A stretch of 64,000 nucleotides of DNA from Gemmatimonadota bacterium. Its GTDB lineage: Bacteria > Gemmatimonadota > Gemmatimonadetes > Palauibacterales > Palauibacteraceae. The notes under the pieces were generated by a model. It was not told where the DNA came from, searched no databases, and saw only the letters and a list, made by a program, of their open reading frames with translations. A program made the translations under genes and the position numbers. The stretch spans positions 64,001-128,000 of the forward strand of contig OY762926.1 of assembly GCA_963666735.1 (NCBI GenBank). The letters are read 5' to 3'. This document shows positions 59,853 through 64,000 of the stretch, piece after piece. How positions within the stretch are numbered: position 1 is the first letter of the stretch; the number at the start of each line of letters is the position of its first letter.

Positions 59853-61463
59853 GTGGGCGATAACGACGACAGCCGGATGGGCGCGCTCGTGGCCGAACTG
59901 CGCGAGCTCGAAGCCCGGATCCAGCGCGGCGGCGGGGAAGAGCGCGTGGCCCGGCAGCACGCGCAGGGCAAGCTCACGGCCCGCGAGCGGGTCGACCTCC
60001 TCATCGATGATGGCGGCGGCTTCCTGGAGATCGGCCTCCTCATCGCGCACGACCGGTACGACGGCAAGGCGCCGGCCGCCGGCGTGGTGACCGGGGTGGG
60101 CGAGGTGTGCGGGCGCGAGGTCGTCGTCGTCGCGAACGACCAGACGGTGAAGGCCGGAAGCTGGTGGCCAGAGACGATCACGAAGATCCTGCGGGCGCAG
60201 GAGATCGCGATGCGGTGCCGCGTGCCGATCGTCTATCTCGTGGATTCGGCCGGCGTGAACCTGCCGTATCAGGGCGGGGTCTTCCCGGGGCAGTACGGCG
60301 CCAGCCGCATCTTCTACTACAACTCGATCATGCGGCACTACCTCGAGGTGCCGCAGATCTCCGCCGTGATGGGCCAGTGCATCGCGGGGGGCGCCTATCT
60401 TCCCGCCCTTTCGGACGTGATCGTGATGGTGGAGGGGACGAGCTTCATGGGTCTCGGGGGCCCGCACCTCGTGAAGGGCGCGACGGGGCAGGAGGTCGAG
60501 GCCGAGGAACTCGGCGGGGCGCTGATGCACAACCGCGTGAGCGGCGTGGCCCACTACCGCGTGGAAGACGACAACGCGTGCATCGAGAAGGTCCGTTCGC
60601 TCGTCGCCGGACTCCCCGCCGGCCTCCGTCCGGACCCCGCCATCGAAGCCCGGGACGCGGCGCGCCCGGCGGCGGAGGCCTACGCGCTCCTGCCCGGCGA
60701 CCACCGCCAACCCTTCGACATGGAGGCGGTCCTCGAGACGATCCTCGACGAGGGTCCGTTCGAGGAGTTCCAGGCGGACCGCGCGCCGGAGATGCTCACG
60801 GGAACGGGGCACATCGACGGCTTTCGGGTGGGGGTGATCGCGAACCGGCGGGGCATGTTCCGGGGCGAGGCCGGCGAACCGCCGAAGTTCGGCGGGATCG
60901 TGTACACGGAGAGCGCGGAGAAAGTGGCCTACTTCATGGACCTCTGCGACCGGCACGACGCGCCGCTCGTCTTCGTGCAGGACGTGAGCGGGTTCATGGT
61001 CGGACCGAAGGCGGAGCAGTCCGGGATTATTCGGGCGGGCGCGCGCATGGTCGAGTCCATGGCGACGGCCCGCGTGCCCAAGATCGTGCTCACGGTCAAC
61101 CACGCGAGCGGAGCGGGGTACTATGCGATGGCGGCGCAGGGGTTCGATCCCGACTTCATCTTCACGTGGCCGACGGGGCGGATGGCGGTGATGGAGGGGG
61201 AGGCCGCCGTTCAGGCCGCCTTCGGACGCAAGCTCGAGGCGGCGGCGGGGGGAGACCTGGATGAGGAGACGGCCGCCGCGATCGAACGGACGCGGGAGAA
61301 TTACGAGGAGCAACTCGATGCGAAATACGCGGCGGCGCGCGGGTTCGTGGACGCAATCCTGACGCCGGAGGACACGCGGGCGGTGCTGTCGCTCGCACTG
61401 CGCTGTTCCCTCGGCAACCCAGGCCCTCATCTTGGACCGTTCACGCTCCCGGACAGCCTGTGA
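59853..61463 (+). CDS. Acyl-CoA carboxylase carboxyltransferase (methylcrotonyl-CoA carboxylase beta-like)
   Basis: GKLTARERV, VDSAGVNLPYQ, GQCIAGGAY, QDVSGFMVG, SGAGYYAM. Confidence 0.92.
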   Translation: MGDNDDSRMGALVAELRELEARIQRGGGEERVARQHAQGKLTARERVDLLIDDGGGFLEIGLLIAHDRYDGKAPAAGVVTGVGEVCGREVVVVANDQTVKAGSWWPETITKILRAQEIAMRCRVPIVYLVDSAGVNLPYQGGVFPGQYGASRIFYYNSIMRHYLEVPQISAVMGQCIAGGAYLPALSDVIVMVEGTSFMGLGGPHLVKGATGQEVEAEELGGALMHNRVSGVAHYRVEDDNACIEKVRSLVAGLPAGLRPDPAIEARDAARPAAEAYALLPGDHRQPFDMEAVLETILDEGPFEEFQADRAPEMLTGTGHIDGFRVGVIANRRGMFRGEAGEPPKFGGIVYTESAEKVAYFMDLCDRHDAPLVFVQDVSGFMVGPKAEQSGIIRAGARMVESMATARVPKIVLTVNHASGAGYYAMAAQGFDPDFIFTWPTGRMAVMEGEAAVQAAFGRKLEAAAGGDLDEETAAAIERTRENYEEQLDAKYAAARGFVDAILTPEDTRAVLSLALRCSLGNPGPHLGPFTLPDSL

Positions 61464-62932
61464 ACGAACGACCTGGGGCGACGGAAGCCCTCGCGCTCGA
61501 AGACGCATCCGCCGCGGTGGGACTCGAGGAGCGGCCGCTCCCGGCCCGCGCCGGGCTCCATGGCGACCGCCGTGTGCGCGTCGCCTCCGGACAGGGGTTC
61601 TGGGGAGACTGGCAGGAGGCGCCCAAGCTGCAGGTGCGGCGCGGCGCGATCGACTACCTGATGCTCGACTACCTGGCCGAGATTACGATGTCGATCATGC
61701 AGAAGCAGCGGGACCGGGATCCGGCCGCCGGCTACGCGCGCGACTTCGTGCCCCTGATGGACGACCTCATCCCCGACCTCCTCGAGAAGGAGATCCGCGT
61801 GGTCTCGAACGCGGGCGGGGTGAACCCGGAGGGGTGCCGGGCCGAACTCGGATTCGCGTTCGCGGACGCGTCGCTGCCGCGCCGGCCCCGGGTGGCGGTG
61901 ATCACGGGCGACGACCTGATGGACTCGCTCGACGACCTCCTCGCCGCGGGACACGAACTCCGCCACATGGAGACGGGCGAGCCGCTCTCCGCCGTCCGCG
62001 ACCGGGTGGCCGCCGCGAACGCGTACCTCGGCGCCGAACCGATCATCGAGGCGTTGCGGCAGGAGGCGGACATCGTCGTGGCCGGGCGCTCGACGGATAC
62101 CGCGCTCACCTACGCGCCGCTCATGCACGAGTTCTCCTGGCCGGCCGACGACTGGGACCGGCTCGCGCACGGGGTCGTCGCCGGACACATCAACGAATGC
62201 GGATGCCAGGCCTCCGGCGGGAACTCGCTCGTCGACTGGCGGGAGATCGACCTCACGCTTCCCGGCTATCCCATCATCGAAGCGGAAGCGGACGGGACCT
62301 TCGTGGTGACGAAGCACCCGGACCTCGGCGGGCGGGTGACCTGGGCCACCGTCGCGGAGCAGATCGTGTACGAGCTCGGCGACCCGCGGGAATACATCAC
62401 GCCCGACGTGGTCGCGGACTTCTCGACCATCCGTCTCCGCGATCTGGGGAAGGACAGGGTCCGGGTCGAGGGCGTGGCCGGCCGGGCGCGCACGGACAAG
62501 CTCAAGGTTTCCATCGCCTACCACGACGGCTTCAAGGCCGTGGGCGACCTTACCTACGCCTGGCCCGACGCGGTGGACAAGGCGCGGCGCGCGGACGAGA
62601 TCCTCCGGGGTCGCCTGCGGCACCTGGGGCTCGACTTCGACGAGATCCGAACGGAACTCGTCGGCGCCGGCGCGTGTCACGGGCCGCTGGCCGGCGCCCC
62701 CTCCGACGACCTGCCCGAGGTCACGCTGCGGGTCGGCGTCCGCAGCCCGGACCGCCACGCCGTGTCACGCTTCAGCCGGGAGATCGCGCCCCTCATCCTC
62801 GCGGGCCCGCCCACCGTCACGGGCTTCGCGGACGGCCGCCCCCGGGTGCGGGAGGTCGTCGCCTACTGGCCCGCGCTCATCGACCGCGAGGTCGTGGAAT
62901 CCAACGTGAAAGTGGAGACGATGGAACTGTGA
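61460..62932 (+). CDS. Acyclic terpene utilisation AtuA family protein (DUF1446)
   Basis: GQGFWGD, DYLAEITM, NAGGVNP, NAYLGA, GHINECG, YITPDVVADF. Confidence 0.9.
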   Translation: MNERPGATEALALEDASAAVGLEERPLPARAGLHGDRRVRVASGQGFWGDWQEAPKLQVRRGAIDYLMLDYLAEITMSIMQKQRDRDPAAGYARDFVPLMDDLIPDLLEKEIRVVSNAGGVNPEGCRAELGFAFADASLPRRPRVAVITGDDLMDSLDDLLAAGHELRHMETGEPLSAVRDRVAAANAYLGAEPIIEALRQEADIVVAGRSTDTALTYAPLMHEFSWPADDWDRLAHGVVAGHINECGCQASGGNSLVDWREIDLTLPGYPIIEAEADGTFVVTKHPDLGGRVTWATVAEQIVYELGDPREYITPDVVADFSTIRLRDLGKDRVRVEGVAGRARTDKLKVSIAYHDGFKAVGDLTYAWPDAVDKARRADEILRGRLRHLGLDFDEIRTELVGAGACHGPLAGAPSDDLPEVTLRVGVRSPDRHAVSRFSREIAPLILAGPPTVTGFADGRPRVREVVAYWPALIDREVVESNVKVETMEL

Positions 62933-62975
62933 GGCTGGAACTGTGAGGCTGGAACTGTGAGGCTGGAACCGTGAG
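62922..62975 (+). repeat. 14-bp tandem repeat TGGAACTGTGAGGC (~3.9 copies)
   Basis: Three perfect units plus a degenerate fourth, spanning the AtuA stop and the next start. Confidence 0.92.
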
Positions 62976-63312
62976 AGTGCGCCTGAGAGAGATCGCGTTT
63001 GCCCGTTCGGGAGACAAGGGAGACACGGCGAACGTGGGCCTGATCGCTTTTCGTACATCCATGTATCCGTTTTTGGTGAAGGAAGTTACGGCTGAACGTG
63101 TGAAGTGTCACTTCAAGGGCATCTGCGAGGGCGAGGTCGAACGTTTCGAGCTTCCCAACCTGCGGGCGCTAAACTTCCTCCTCCACCGCTCGCTGGGGGG
63201 CGGCGGGACCGTATCGCTCATGCTCGATGCCCAGGGGAAGACGTTCGCCACCGCTCTGTTGAGGATGGAGATCGATGTGCCGGACCACCTCCTGAACCGG
63301 CCGGCGGACTGA
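62971..63312 (+). CDS. Small AtuA-related ferredoxin-like protein
   Basis: ARSGDKGDTANVG...RFELPNLRALNF...LGGGGTVSLMLDAQGK. Confidence 0.88.
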   Translation: MRVRLREIAFARSGDKGDTANVGLIAFRTSMYPFLVKEVTAERVKCHFKGICEGEVERFELPNLRALNFLLHRSLGGGGTVSLMLDAQGKTFATALLRMEIDVPDHLLNRPAD

Positions 63313-63339
63313 GGCACGGTTCGGGGCTCCGAGGCGACC

Positions 63340-63999
63340 ATGTTCGAATACCTCGAGATAGAGATCGACGAACGGACCGGCGTGAACCGGATCCGTCTCG
63401 ACCGCGCGGACCGCCGCAATGCGCTGAGCGGGGCGCTCGTCGCGGAAATGAAGGGGGCGCTCGCGCTCGCCGAGGCGGACGCCCGGGTGCGCGCGATCGG
63501 GATCGGTGGACGCGGCCCGGACTTCTGTGCGGGCGCCGACCTGGCGGAAGTGCAGGGTTCGGTCGAGGAAGGGGTCATGGCTAGCCTGCGGGAGGCGGAA
63601 GCGCTGGGCGAACTCTTCACGCTCCTGAGGAAGCTCTCGAAGCCGGTCGTCGCGATCGTGCACGGCCGCGCGCTGGCCGGCGGGTGCGGTCTCGCGACGG
63701 CGTGCGACCTCGTGCTCGCGGCGGAGAGCGCCCGCTTCGGCTACCCCGAGGTGCGGCTCGGCTTCGTGCCCGCGATGGTGACGGCGATCCTGCGCCGGAA
63801 CCTGGGAGAGAAGCGGGCCTTCGAGTTGATGTCGCTCGGGGACACGATCGATGCCGCGGAGGCGTCGCGGCTGGGCCTCGTGAACCGGATCTACGCGGAC
63901 GCGGAGTTCGAGGCGGAAAGCTCGCGCCTTCTGGCCGAACTCGCCGGGCGCAGCGCCTCCGCGCTCGCGCTCACGAAGAAGCTGCTATACGGCACGGAG
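63340..63999 (+). CDS. Enoyl-CoA hydratase/isomerase (partial, runs off window)
   Basis: Manual translation from ATG 63340: DRRNALS, FCAGADL, HGRALAGGCGLATACD, FGYPEVRLGFVP. Confidence 0.9.
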   Translation, partial: MFEYLEIEIDERTGVNRIRLDRADRRNALSGALVAEMKGALALAEADARVRAIGIGGRGPDFCAGADLAEVQGSVEEGVMASLREAEALGELFTLLRKLSKPVVAIVHGRALAGGCGLATACDLVLAAESARFGYPEVRLGFVPAMVTAILRRNLGEKRAFELMSLGDTIDAAEASRLGLVNRIYADAEFEAESSRLLAELAGRSASALALTKKLLYGTE

Positions 64000-64000
64000 G

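Overview
High-GC bacterial DNA; gene content resembles Gemmatimonadota, possibly a host-associated lineage (inference only). (1) 1-14.2 kb is a defence-island-like block. It has a Druantia type III-like pair (DruE helicase running off the left edge and missed by the ORF track, plus DruH) with a coupled HNH nuclease gene. It also has an uncharacterised, translationally coupled three-gene operon (RecB/Cas4-like nuclease, unknown protein, SF1 helicase) and a divergent XRE regulator with a conserved hypothetical gene. (2) 14.3-31.7 kb holds toxin-antitoxin genes (several orphan antitoxins), peptidases, a PLP decarboxylase, transporters and internally deleted gene remnants, punctuated by a recurring 18-bp palindrome ACGTTCCCGCGGGAACGT. 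(3) 31.9-42.4 kb is a candidate terpenoid cluster: two tandem squalene/phytoene synthases converge on ispH - MpaB/Lcp-type oxygenase - RND transporter - atypical P450. It is bracketed by a 120-bp direct repeat, and an intact IS3 element splits ispH after codon 14. (4) 43-64 kb has an Hsp70-like/HEAT pair, a GGR-family reductase, more eroded fragments, amino-acid metabolism genes and an acyl-CoA carboxylase/AtuA cluster running off the right edge. No rRNA, tRNA or CRISPR array was seen. All family calls come from motif recognition, not database searches.
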